DNA from: an uncultured beta proteobacterium
GTDB taxonomy: Bacteria; Pseudomonadota; Gammaproteobacteria; Burkholderiales; SG8-41
Direction: 5' to 3'
DNA: 64,000 nt
Assembly (NCBI GenBank): GCA_903889565.1
Contig: CAISYC010000027.1
Location: forward strand, 864 to 64,863
Under the pieces are notes generated by a model. That model was given only the letters and a program-made list of their open reading frames with translations, was not told the DNA's origin and did not search any database. Position numbers and translations under genes: made by a program. Below are positions 38,996 to 48,568 of the stretch, one piece after another (within the stretch, counting starts at the first letter, position 1; every line of letters starts with the position of its first letter).

Positions 38996-39928
38996 ATGGC
39001 AGCAAGACAATCGGGCATCGTAATCATCGGCGGCGGCATCATGGGCGGCGACATCGCGACCATTTTCGCGGCCGGCAACTGGGCGGTGCACGTGATGAGC
39101 CCGTCGCAGAAAACGCGCGACGCATTGCCCGCGCGCGTGACGGCGGGCCTCGGCAAACTCGGGGCCGATACGGGCCTGCTGAAGAACGTGAAGACCTACG
39201 AAACGCTCGAAGCGATCGCGTGGTCGGAAATCGATCTGGTGCTCGAGGCGGCGACCGAAAACATCGAATTGAAGCGCAAGCTTTTTTCGCAGCTCGAAAC
39301 GCTGGCGCGGCCGGACATTCCGCTGGTCAGCAACACATCGAACTTCCAGATCGGCGAAATCGGCAAACACCTGAAGACGCGCTCCCGCGTGGCCGGCATG
39401 CATTACTTCATGCCGGCGCATCTGGTGCCGCTGGTGGAAATCATCAAGGCCGATTTCACCGACGTCAAAGTCTGCGACTGGCTGGAGCAGAACCAGCGCG
39501 ATCTGGGCAAGATGCCGGTGCGCGTGAACAAGGACATTCCGGGCTTCATCGGCAACCGCCTGCAGCACGCGATGATGCGCGAGGCGCTTTATCTGATCAG
39601 CGACGGCGTCGTTTCGCCCGAGGGCGTGGATGCCGCGGTGCGCTACGGGTTCGGTTTCCGCTTCCTCGCCTGCGGTCCGATGATGCAGAAGGAAATGTCG
39701 GGCTGGGACACCAACTACTACGCGGCAAGCTCGCTCTACGGCGATCTGCACGCCGAGAAGGTGGCGGCACCGGTGGTGAAGGCGATGATCGACAAGGGCC
39801 ACCTCGGCATGAAAACCAAACAGGGCATGTGGACCTGGGACGACGAGGGCATCAAGAAAGAAAAAGACCGCATCGAAAAAGTGCTGCAACAGGCACTGAC
39901 CATACTCAACGCCGACATGAAGGGCTAG
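38996..39928 (+). CDS. 3-hydroxyacyl-CoA dehydrogenase family
   Basis: GGGIMG, SNTS, GMHYFMP, GFIGNRLQ. Confidence 0.9.
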   Translation: MAARQSGIVIIGGGIMGGDIATIFAAGNWAVHVMSPSQKTRDALPARVTAGLGKLGADTGLLKNVKTYETLEAIAWSEIDLVLEAATENIELKRKLFSQLETLARPDIPLVSNTSNFQIGEIGKHLKTRSRVAGMHYFMPAHLVPLVEIIKADFTDVKVCDWLEQNQRDLGKMPVRVNKDIPGFIGNRLQHAMMREALYLISDGVVSPEGVDAAVRYGFGFRFLACGPMMQKEMSGWDTNYYAASSLYGDLHAEKVAAPVVKAMIDKGHLGMKTKQGMWTWDDEGIKKEKDRIEKVLQQALTILNADMKG

Positions 39929-39935
39929 CACGGGC

Positions 39936-40904
39936 ATGCGCGCGACGGTGGCAGCGGCGGCCGGTGCGGCGATGCTTGGCGTCGCCGCGACCGCCGCGCT
40001 GGCACAACCCTATCCGGCCAAGGCCGTGCGCGTGATCGTGCCCTTCCCGGCCGGCGGCGGCATCGACTTCGTCGCGCGCGCGCTGGCACCCAAGCTGGCC
40101 GAATACACCGGCCAGAGTTTTGTCGTCGACAACCGCTCAGGCGCCAGCGGCACCATCGGCACCGAAGCGGTGGCGAAAGCCGCGCCCGACGGCTACACGC
40201 TGCTGGCGACATTTTCGAGCCACACGCAGAACGCCTCGCTGTATTCGAAGCTCGGTTACGACACGGTGCGCGATTTCGCGCCGGTGACCCAGATTGCGAC
40301 CGTCGCCAATATTCTGGTGGTCAATCCGGCGCTGCCGGTGAAGTCGCTGAAGGAGCTGATCGCGCTGGCGAAAAAGCGGCCGGGCGAGATCCTCTATGCG
40401 TCGATCGGCAACGGCACGCCGTCGCATCTGTCGGCGGAACTGTTCGACAGCATGGCCGGCATCAAGATGACCCATGTGCCGTACAAAGGTGCAGCGCCAT
40501 CGATGGTGTCGCTGCTCTCGGGCGAAACGCAACTCACGTTCACCACCGTGGTGGTGGCGCTGCCGCATGTGAAAAGCGGCCGCCTGCGCGCGCTCGGCGT
40601 TGCGTCGCTGAAGCGCGCCGCGGTGATGCCCGAGGTGCCGACGATCGACGAAGCCGGCGTGCGCGGCTACGAATCGAATGCCTGGTACGGCCTGCTAGCG
40701 CCGGCAAAAACACCGGCGGCCATCGTCGAGCAGCTGCACCGCGAAACGGTGCGCGCCCTGCAATCGCCGGACCTGCGCGGCAGCCTGACCAATCAGGGCG
40801 CCGAACCGGTCGGCAACAGCGGCGAGCAATTCAACGCAATCATCAAAGACGAAATCGAGAAGTGGCGCAAACTGGTGCAGACGCTGGGCCTCAAAGCCGA
40901 CTGA
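39936..40904 (+). CDS. Bug/TctC substrate-binding protein
   Basis: YPAKAVRVIVPFPAGGGID, PYKGAAP. Confidence 0.92.
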   Translation: MRATVAAAAGAAMLGVAATAALAQPYPAKAVRVIVPFPAGGGIDFVARALAPKLAEYTGQSFVVDNRSGASGTIGTEAVAKAAPDGYTLLATFSSHTQNASLYSKLGYDTVRDFAPVTQIATVANILVVNPALPVKSLKELIALAKKRPGEILYASIGNGTPSHLSAELFDSMAGIKMTHVPYKGAAPSMVSLLSGETQLTFTTVVVALPHVKSGRLRALGVASLKRAAVMPEVPTIDEAGVRGYESNAWYGLLAPAKTPAAIVEQLHRETVRALQSPDLRGSLTNQGAEPVGNSGEQFNAIIKDEIEKWRKLVQTLGLKAD

Positions 40905-40923
40905 TCAGCCGCCGAAAATAAGC

Positions 40924-40948
40924 CGTCACTTCCCGCGCAGGAATGACG
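40924..40948. repeat. Degenerate GTCATTCCCGCG-type REP palindrome
   Basis: cgtcacttcccgcgcaggaatgacg. Confidence 0.45.
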
Positions 40949-41021
40949 TCAACAACACGACGCGACCTGGCGTAAACCACATCAACCAGCATCGACTGTC
41001 GGCAACCGCAAGGAGACTGCA

Positions 41022-42632
41022 GTGCCTTACCTGACACCGCTTGAGGTGATCTCTCTCTATCCCAAGCACGACTACACATTACAAAGCCTGTTCGAAACAC
41101 GCCGCCAGGCCAATCCGGACAAGCCCTTCATCCTGTTCAAGGATAAAACATGGACATGGGGCGAATTCGCCGACGCGATCGAATGCACGGCGCGCGTGCT
41201 GGCCAGCCGCGGCGTGAAAAAAGGCGACCGCGTGGCGATCATGGCGACCAACACCTACGCGCACGTGATGCTGATGTTCGCGCTGGCGCGCATCCGCGCC
41301 ATCATGGTGCCGGTGAATCCGGAATTCGGCGTCGAAGAAGCCAAATACGTGATGTCGCATGCCGGCGTCAGCGCGGTCGCCTGCTCGACCGACACCCTGC
41401 AGATCGCCAAACAGGCCGCCGCTGAAATCAAGCCGGCGCCGTGGTTCATGATGGTCGATGAGGCGGTCGAAGGCCTGCCGCTCCTGACCGAACTGATCAA
41501 GAATCCGGGCGATGCGAAACTGCCGGACGACGTCGCGGCCGACGACACTTTCGCCATTATTTATTCGTCGGGCACCACCGGCTTCCCGAAGGGTGTGATG
41601 CACGCGCAGAAGAACTTCGTGCTCTCGGGCGAGCGCCATGTCGCGCGCGTCGAAACCCAGGCCGATGACCGCGTGCTGTGCATCCTGCCGATGTTCCACA
41701 TCAACGCGCTGTTCTATTCGGTCGCCAGCGCCGTCACCGCCGGCGCCACCTTGATTATCGTGCCGCGCTTTTCCGCCACCACTTTCTGGCGCACTGCCGC
41801 CGACACCGGCGCGACGCAGGTCAACGTCATCATGGCAGTCAGTACGATCCTCGCGCGGCGTTCGCGCGACGAGTTCGTGCCGACACACAAGCTGCGCGTG
41901 GTCAACGGCGCGCCGTTCACGCAGGAGGCGATGGACGTGTTCAAGAAGGAATTCAAGGTGCCGAACGTGATCGAGGGTTTCGGCATGACCGAAATCCCCG
42001 GCGCCTTCAGCAATCCGTTCAAGGGCCCGCACAAGGTCGCCTGCATGGGCAAGCTTGGCGTGCATGCCGATCCGAAGGTGCAGTGGACGCAGGTGCGCAT
42101 CCTTGATGACGACGGCAACGACGTGCCCGAGGGCGAGACCGGCGAACTGGCGGTGAAAATCCCGACGCTGATGCAGGGCTACTACAATGATCCGGAACAG
42201 ACGGCTGCCGCATTCCGCGACGGCTGGTTTCTCTCCGGCGATCTCATCAAGCGCGACAGCGAGGGCTATTACTGGTTCGTCGCGCGCAAGAAGGACATCA
42301 TCCGCCGCCGCGGCGAAAACGTCGCCGGCGCCGAGATCGATCGCATCGTCAACCTGCACCCGGCGGTGTCGGAGTCAGCAGCGATCGCGATGCCGTCGGA
42401 ACTGGGGGAAGACGAGATCATGACCGTGGTGGTGACGAAGCCCGACGGCAAGGTGACCGCACAGGAAATCCGCGACTGGTGTGCGGAGAAACTGGCGGCG
42501 CACAAGGTGCCGCGCTTCGTCGTTTTCAACGAATCGATTCCGCACACGCCGACGCACAAGGTCGCCAAGCACATTCTGAAAAAAGACACGACGTTGCGTG
42601 CGCGGTCGGTTGATTTCCAGCCGCCGAAGTAA
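41022..42632 (+). CDS. Acyl-CoA ligase (CaiC-like AMP-binding enzyme)
   Basis: YSSGTTGFPKG, FGMTE, SGD, RKKDIIRRRGEN. Confidence 0.9.
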   Translation: MPYLTPLEVISLYPKHDYTLQSLFETRRQANPDKPFILFKDKTWTWGEFADAIECTARVLASRGVKKGDRVAIMATNTYAHVMLMFALARIRAIMVPVNPEFGVEEAKYVMSHAGVSAVACSTDTLQIAKQAAAEIKPAPWFMMVDEAVEGLPLLTELIKNPGDAKLPDDVAADDTFAIIYSSGTTGFPKGVMHAQKNFVLSGERHVARVETQADDRVLCILPMFHINALFYSVASAVTAGATLIIVPRFSATTFWRTAADTGATQVNVIMAVSTILARRSRDEFVPTHKLRVVNGAPFTQEAMDVFKKEFKVPNVIEGFGMTEIPGAFSNPFKGPHKVACMGKLGVHADPKVQWTQVRILDDDGNDVPEGETGELAVKIPTLMQGYYNDPEQTAAAFRDGWFLSGDLIKRDSEGYYWFVARKKDIIRRRGENVAGAEIDRIVNLHPAVSESAAIAMPSELGEDEIMTVVVTKPDGKVTAQEIRDWCAEKLAAHKVPRFVVFNESIPHTPTHKVAKHILKKDTTLRARSVDFQPPK

Positions 42633-42666
42633 TATTTCACTTGCGAAATGTATTGGCGCAGCGGCG

Positions 42667-42698
42667 CCCTCACCCCGGCCCTCTCCCCACAGTAGAGG
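42667..42698. repeat. REP-like palindrome
   Basis: ccctcaccccggccctctcccc...gagg. Confidence 0.6.
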
Positions 42699-42747
42699 TT
42701 GAAAGCTGCACCGGTTCGCTGATGCGAACTGATGGCATGGAGGAAAC

Positions 42748-43605
42748 ATGAAAAGCGGTGTAACCACCTGGCCTAACGGCAGCAGGATCGCGATTGCGCT
42801 GACCGTGATGTTCGAGACCTGGCCCGAGGGCAAGTGGCCGCCCTATGCGGCGCAGCGCTGGCAACCGAAGCCCGGCAACCTCGACCATCAGTCGATCACC
42901 TTCGCGCAGTATGGCGGCAAGGCCGGCATCTGGCGCATTCTGAACATTCTCGACAAGGCCGGCATGCCGGCGACCTTTTGCACCAACGCGCACAGCGTCG
43001 AGGTCTATCCGGAGGCCGCCGCGCAGGTGGTGAAATGCGGGCATGATTTCGCCGCCCACGGCTACACACAGGACGCGCATCTGGCCGACATGACGCCCGA
43101 GCAGGAGCAGGCGACGATCCGCCGTTGCATCGAAGTGCTGGAAAAAAACACCGGCCAGCGGCCGCAGGGCTGGCTGTCGCCGATTCTGGCGTGGACGGCG
43201 CATACCGATGCCTTCCTCGCGCAGGAAAAAATGCTGTGGCACGGCGACGCCAACTACGCCGACCTGCCGCGCCGCATCCACACGCCGCACGGCCCGCTCG
43301 CGCATGTGCCGCACAGCGATTACACCGACAACCGCGTGCTGTGGTTAAGTCCGCAGGATTATTTCAATGTCTACAAAGATACCTTCGATTATCTCTACGC
43401 CAACGAGCCGCTGTCGCTGATGGTGATGACGCTGCACTGCCATTTCGGCGGACGCCCGTTGATGTCGGCGCAGATGCACAAGCTGCTGCGTTACTTTTCG
43501 GGTTTTCCCGGCGTCTGGTTCGCGCGCCACCGCGAGCTCGCGCAATGGGCGCTCGAGGGCGACGCCGACGAAATCAGCAACGCGCAGCGCTTCTTTCCAA
43601 AATAA
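42748..43605 (+). CDS. Polysaccharide deacetylase-family protein (PuuE-like)
   Basis: WPNGSRIA, YGGKAGIWRIL, AHG, GWLSP, LHCHFGGRP. Confidence 0.85.
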   Translation: MKSGVTTWPNGSRIAIALTVMFETWPEGKWPPYAAQRWQPKPGNLDHQSITFAQYGGKAGIWRILNILDKAGMPATFCTNAHSVEVYPEAAAQVVKCGHDFAAHGYTQDAHLADMTPEQEQATIRRCIEVLEKNTGQRPQGWLSPILAWTAHTDAFLAQEKMLWHGDANYADLPRRIHTPHGPLAHVPHSDYTDNRVLWLSPQDYFNVYKDTFDYLYANEPLSLMVMTLHCHFGGRPLMSAQMHKLLRYFSGFPGVWFARHRELAQWALEGDADEISNAQRFFPK

Positions 43606-43628
43606 ATTCAGCAGCTCCTGGAGGCCCT

Positions 43629-44591
43629 ATGAAAATGACAAAAATTGCGATCGCGGCGGTGGCAACACTCGCCGCGGCGCCAACCGTCGCGCAAAATTAT
43701 CCGAATCACGCGATCCGCCTCGTCGTGCCGTCGTCGCCGGGCGGCGGCACCGACATAACCGGCCGCATCGTCGCACAAAAATTGTCGGAGCAACTCGGTC
43801 AGCAGGTCGTCGTCGATAACCGCGCCGGTGCCGGCACTATCATCGGCATCGAGATCGCGGCCAAGGCGCCGCCCGACGGTTATACGCTGCTGATGGGGCT
43901 GTCGACGCTGGCGATCAACCCGAGCATGTATGCGAAGCTGCCGTACGACGCGATCAAGGATCTGGCGCCGATCTCGCTGGCCGTGCTGTCGCCGAATATT
44001 CTCACCGTGCATCCGTCGCTGCCGGCGAAAAATCTCAAGGAGTTTATTGCGCTGGCCAAGGCGCGGCCCGGCACCATCACCTTCGGCTCGGCCGGTCAGG
44101 CCACCAGTCCGCATCTTTCCGGCGAGTTGCTGAAAGTGCTGGCGCACATCGACATCGTGCATGTGCCGTTCAAAGGCTCGGGCCAGAGCGTGATCAGCTC
44201 GCTCGCCGGGGAGATCGCCGCCAACTTCCCGAGCGTGCCGACTGCGATCCCCTACATCAAGGCCGGCAAATTGCGCGCCCTCGGCGTTACCACCGCCAAA
44301 CGCTCGCAGGCGCTGCCGGATGTGCCGTCGATCGCCGAAGCCGGCGTGCCCGGTTACGAAGCGACGCAGTGGTTCGGGTTGCTGGCGCCGGCAGGAACAC
44401 CGCGGCCCATCATTGACCGGCTGAACCAGGAAATGGTGAAACTATTGAAATCGCCCGAGGTGCGCGACCGCCTGATCGCAGACGGCACGGACCCGGCGCC
44501 GACGACGCCGGAGGAGTTCGGCGCCTACATCAAGTCGGAAACCGAGAAGTGGACGAAAGTCATCAAGGCCGCAGGAATCAAGCCGCAATAG
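43629..44591 (+). CDS. Bug/TctC substrate-binding protein
   Basis: YPNHAIRLVVPSSPGGGTD. Confidence 0.92.
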   Translation: MKMTKIAIAAVATLAAAPTVAQNYPNHAIRLVVPSSPGGGTDITGRIVAQKLSEQLGQQVVVDNRAGAGTIIGIEIAAKAPPDGYTLLMGLSTLAINPSMYAKLPYDAIKDLAPISLAVLSPNILTVHPSLPAKNLKEFIALAKARPGTITFGSAGQATSPHLSGELLKVLAHIDIVHVPFKGSGQSVISSLAGEIAANFPSVPTAIPYIKAGKLRALGVTTAKRSQALPDVPSIAEAGVPGYEATQWFGLLAPAGTPRPIIDRLNQEMVKLLKSPEVRDRLIADGTDPAPTTPEEFGAYIKSETEKWTKVIKAAGIKPQ

Positions 44592-44612
44592 GGTTCAGCG
44601 GTTTTGCGTTCA

Positions 44613-44680
44613 AGATGATGCGCAGCATCATCTATTCAGCGGGGATACAAGGGGGCGCAGCCCCCTTGTTCAATTTTTTT
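44613..44680. terminator. Twin hairpins between convergent genes; likely terminator or REP
   Basis: agatgatgc-gca-gcatcatct and caagggggc-gca-gcccccttg followed by a T-run. Confidence 0.6.
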
Positions 44681-44707
44681 GCGTTTTTTTCGGTGCCCGT
44701 GCGGTGA

Positions 44708-45676
44708 CTATGCCGCCGGCAGTTCGATCGGCAGCGGCATGCCGATCTTCTGTTTGAGTGCGCGCTGATAAACCAGATTGGCCAGCGCGATATCCTGACT
44801 GGCCATGCCCTGCGTGATGATGAGCACGCGCTGATTGTCGCTGCTGCGGCCCGGATGCTTGCCGCTGACCACTTCGGCGACCGTCGCATCGATCCAGCCC
44901 GGCGCCTCGGCGCCGAACAGATCGATCAACTCTTTCTGCAGTTGCGCGCGGCTGTCGACCACGAACAAATCGGCCTTTTCGACGAAGTCGCGGCCGGGCT
45001 CGGCACTGTCGAGCGTGGCCACCACCGCGCCCGGCGCAATCCAGGGTTCCTGCAACATTGCACTCGCGCTATTGGTCGCAGTCAGCACCAGATCGGCACC
45101 GCGCACCGCGGCTTCAATGGTATCGACGGCTTTCGCATTGAGTCCGTATTGCGTCTTCGCTTTGGCCGCCAGTGCAGCGCGCGTTTCGGGCCGGCGCGAG
45201 ACGATGCGCACTTCCTTCAGTTTGAACAGGCGCGTGAAATATTCGAGCGCGGTGGTGGCCAGACGCCCGGCGCCCACGAGCGCAAGCGTGCCGGCGTCGT
45301 CGCGCGCGAGACGGCGCGCCGCCATCACGATCGACGCCACGGTGCGCTGCGCGTAGGTCCAGGTTTCATCGACCAGCGCCAGCGGCCGCGAGGACTCGAC
45401 ATCGACCAGCATGATGAAACGCGTCGCATCCTGCGAGGTTTCGTCGGTGGCGTTGTGCGAAACAAAACGGAATCCGCCGACCGAGGCTTCGTCGAGTATG
45501 CAGGCCTTGAGGTGATAGTGGTTCTCGAAACGGTCGCGCATGTTCATGTTGGGCGGCACCGGCCAGCGCACGCGGCCGGCGGCATCCTGTGCGACCACGC
45601 GCTCGATTTCACCCAGTACATCGTCGGGGCTCAACAGGGCGTGGCATTGTTTTGCGGTCAGATAAAGCAAAGGCAT
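44708..45676 (-). CDS. Ornithine cyclodeaminase/mu-crystallin family
   Basis: HLKAC, QRTVA, VGAGRLA, ADLVLTAT, GMASQDIA. Confidence 0.85.
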   Translation of the reverse strand: MPLLYLTAKQCHALLSPDDVLGEIERVVAQDAAGRVRWPVPPNMNMRDRFENHYHLKACILDEASVGGFRFVSHNATDETSQDATRFIMLVDVESSRPLALVDETWTYAQRTVASIVMAARRLARDDAGTLALVGAGRLATTALEYFTRLFKLKEVRIVSRRPETRAALAAKAKTQYGLNAKAVDTIEAAVRGADLVLTATNSASAMLQEPWIAPGAVVATLDSAEPGRDFVEKADLFVVDSRAQLQKELIDLFGAEAPGWIDATVAEVVSGKHPGRSSDNQRVLIITQGMASQDIALANLVYQRALKQKIGMPLPIELPAA

Positions 45677-45719
45677 GGATTATTCCGTTTGTGTGCAGTG
45701 GCGCACGGCGCCGCTGCGA

Positions 45720-46715
45720 TTATGCATCGGGCTTGATGCCCGCCTTGCGGATGATCGGGCCGATGAGTTCGCTTTCGAGCTTGAGCGTTGCGGCAAACTG
45801 CTCGGGCGTGTCGCCGAGGACGTCGAAGCCGATTTGCGCGAAACGCTGCTGCACTTCAGGGGTTTTCAGCGCACCGATGATCGCGGCGTGCAGTTTAGCG
45901 ATTATCTCGCGCGGCGTCCCGGCCGGTGCGACGATGCCGTAGCGGCCGTCCATCGGGTGCATTTTCACGCCGGCCTCGGTCAGCGTCGGCAACTCCGGTG
46001 CGGCGGACGGGCGTTTGCTGCCGATGGTTGCCAGCAGACGCAGGCGGCCGTACTTCGCGTGCGGCAAGGCTGGAATCAGGTCGGCGAACATCAGATCGAT
46101 TTCGCCGGCGACCACCGCCGTCAGCGCGGGCCCGGTGCCCTTGTAGGGCACGTGAACCATGCTGGCGCCGGTGGCCGCCGAAAACAGTTCGGCGGCGACA
46201 TGCGAACTCGAGCCGCTGCCCGACGAACCGTAGCTCAGCAAATCCTTTTTCTTCAGCGCGAGCTTGACCAGCTCGGTGACGCTTTTCACCGGCACACTCG
46301 GGTTCACCGCAATCGCATAGGCAGTGGTGGCGAGCTGTGCAACGGCAGCCAGGTCCTTTTGCACGCTGTAGCCGATTTTCGGATACAGATGCGGCGCCAC
46401 CACCAGATTGCCCGAACTGCCGAGCCCCAGCGTATACCCGTCGGGCGCGGCTTTGGCGACCATCTCCATGCCGATGGTACCGCCGGCGCCGCCGCGGTTT
46501 TCGATTACCACCGCCTGCCCGAGCAGTTCGCTCAGTTTCGGTCCGACCACGCGCCCGGCGATATCGGCCGGCCCGCCCGGCGCAAAGCCGATGAATACGC
46601 GGATCGGCTTGGTCGGATAGTTTGCCGGGGTCTGGGCGGCGGCACCGGTCACCGCGATTGCGGCGGCAACCGAACACGTCGCAACCCACCAAGGCCTGCA
46701 TGCATTATTTGTCAT
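45720..46715 (-). CDS. Bug/TctC substrate-binding protein
   Basis: YPTKPIRVFIGFAPGGPAD, PYKGTGPA. Confidence 0.9.
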   Translation of the reverse strand: MTNNACRPWWVATCSVAAAIAVTGAAAQTPANYPTKPIRVFIGFAPGGPADIAGRVVGPKLSELLGQAVVIENRGGAGGTIGMEMVAKAAPDGYTLGLGSSGNLVVAPHLYPKIGYSVQKDLAAVAQLATTAYAIAVNPSVPVKSVTELVKLALKKKDLLSYGSSGSGSSSHVAAELFSAATGASMVHVPYKGTGPALTAVVAGEIDLMFADLIPALPHAKYGRLRLLATIGSKRPSAAPELPTLTEAGVKMHPMDGRYGIVAPAGTPREIIAKLHAAIIGALKTPEVQQRFAQIGFDVLGDTPEQFAATLKLESELIGPIIRKAGIKPDA

Positions 46716-46845
46716 GATGCTTTTCAATAGAGTTGATCGCGCCATCACTCAAGCAAAGATCGTGACAGCGCCCTCATGCGCAGGCGCGGAAGATTTTCCT
46801 GCTCCCGCGCACCAGGCCGGCCCGTCGCCGCCCCGTCATGGCGCG

Positions 46846-47421
46846 TCAGCGCGGCTCTTCGTACAACTCGATCTTGTTGCCATCGGGGTCGGCGACGTAG
46901 ATCGTGCGGCCGTAGATGCCGTCGTGGAGGTCCTGAAAAAATTGCACCCCGGCCGCTTTCAGCCGCGCCGCCAGCGCATCGACGCCGCTGACGCGAAACG
47001 CCATGTGATCGATCTGCGGCGCGCCGCCGAGCCCGCCGGTGGTCAGCGCAATGCCCTGCCTGAACGGCACGAAAGGCCGGCCGTCGGTGAGCGGCTTGGC
47101 ATTGCGCCCGGTAAATCCCAGCAGCTCTTCATAGAATTTCTTCGACGCATCGAGATCGCGCACCTGCAGCAGCAGATGGGCGAAACCGAAAATCTTCGGC
47201 GCTTTGGACGCGGCCGGTTTGACCGCGGCATCGGGCTCGTTGTCGATGCCGAGCCGGCCGTCGCGGCCCCAACTGTCTTTCGCCACGTCGTGAATGATCA
47301 CATGCAGATGCTCGCTGCCGGCACCGGCGTGTTCCACCATCGCCGCGGTGATCGCCTCGACCAGCCGCCGCTTCTGGTTGACGCTGCGGCCCGGCCACAA
47401 ATCGACTGTCACTACCGGCAT
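46846..47421 (-). CDS. 4-oxalocrotonate tautomerase - VOC fusion protein
   Basis: Pro-1 (MPVVTVDLWPGRSVNQK..WGRDG) followed by VOC motifs HLLLQVRDL, DHMAF, DPDGNKIEL. Confidence 0.85.
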   Translation of the reverse strand: MPVVTVDLWPGRSVNQKRRLVEAITAAMVEHAGAGSEHLHVIIHDVAKDSWGRDGRLGIDNEPDAAVKPAASKAPKIFGFAHLLLQVRDLDASKKFYEELLGFTGRNAKPLTDGRPFVPFRQGIALTTGGLGGAPQIDHMAFRVSGVDALAARLKAAGVQFFQDLHDGIYGRTIYVADPDGNKIELYEEPR

Positions 47422-47480
47422 AAGCCGCCTCCGCTGTTCGGTTGTCGCATCATTGCAGTTGAATTATTTTACCGCCGCCC

Positions 47481-48566
47481 TCAGCCGCGCACGCGCGCAA
47501 GCAGACCCTTGAGATCGAGGCCGAGGATGCCCATTGCCGCGGCGCCGCGTCCGCCGTCGCGATAATTCTTCCCGACCAGAATTTCGGCGAGCTTGAACAG
47601 ATTGTCCGCTGCCGGGACGGCGACGCCGGCGATTTTCGCGATCGAACGAAACGGCAGCAGGCCGTGGCCGAAATCTTCGAGGTAGTAGCGGTGATTGAGC
47701 GAGCCCGGCGCCTTGATGCGGCTGTTGGCCACGCCCGATGCAATCGCCGCGGCGAAATCCTTGGTATCGCCGATGTTTGCTTCAACCGTGCCGATCGCCT
47801 GCATTTCCTCGATCAGGTTGGGCAGCGTGTGGCCGCAGGCGCGTGCCACCGCGCGACGCTCGTCATCCAGCGCGCGCATGACGCGGGCGACACCCGGTGT
47901 CATGCCCTGCGCGTAAAACGTGTAATCGCCGGCGGTGGCCTCGATCCATGCCGCACCGAGGATTGCGCCCGGCGGATGCAGCACCATGTTGACGTTGCAC
48001 AAGCCTGAATCGAGCACGTCGGCGACCGGCTTCGCGCAGGGAAACAGCTGCACCGCCATGGCAATCGCGCGTTCGCTGCCGGGCAAGGCCGCAACCCGCA
48101 CCCGCTTCGCGCGCCCGCTGATGTTGACGCGCTGCGGCTGACTCCTGCGCGCGACATAAGTCAGCGTCGAAAACTCCGCCACCGGCGGCACATCGGCGCG
48201 CTGCTTTTGAAATGCGGTGTGAAATTCGAGCGCGCCGCCCGTATGTCCCGGATTGAGAATGACCGGCACCTCGGCGCGCGCGCCGGCCTGCGCCAGTGCC
48301 GTCGCCAGCGCGGCATTTGAAATCGTCGGCAGGGTAATCACCAGCGCGGCGCAACCGTCGATGGCCGCGCGCAGGTCGGCGGTGATCAGCTGCGGCCTGG
48401 CGAGCCCGCTGCCGAACACGCCTTCGTGCTCGACGCCACCCAAACGCTGGAACGGCTCCAAGTTGGCCGCCGAGCGGTTCCACCAATGAATCTCGTGGCC
48501 GGCTTGCGTGAGTTCGGTGACCGCCGCCGCACCGCCCGCACCCGCGCCGAGAACCGCGACCCGCAT
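47481..48566 (-). CDS. Octopine/nopaline (opine) dehydrogenase family
   Basis: GAGAGG, NPGHTGG, NMVLHPP, HRYYLEDFGHGL. Confidence 0.85.
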   Translation of the reverse strand: MRVAVLGAGAGGAAAVTELTQAGHEIHWWNRSAANLEPFQRLGGVEHEGVFGSGLARPQLITADLRAAIDGCAALVITLPTISNAALATALAQAGARAEVPVILNPGHTGGALEFHTAFQKQRADVPPVAEFSTLTYVARRSQPQRVNISGRAKRVRVAALPGSERAIAMAVQLFPCAKPVADVLDSGLCNVNMVLHPPGAILGAAWIEATAGDYTFYAQGMTPGVARVMRALDDERRAVARACGHTLPNLIEEMQAIGTVEANIGDTKDFAAAIASGVANSRIKAPGSLNHRYYLEDFGHGLLPFRSIAKIAGVAVPAADNLFKLAEILVGKNYRDGGRGAAAMGILGLDLKGLLARVRG

Positions 48567-48568
48567 CG

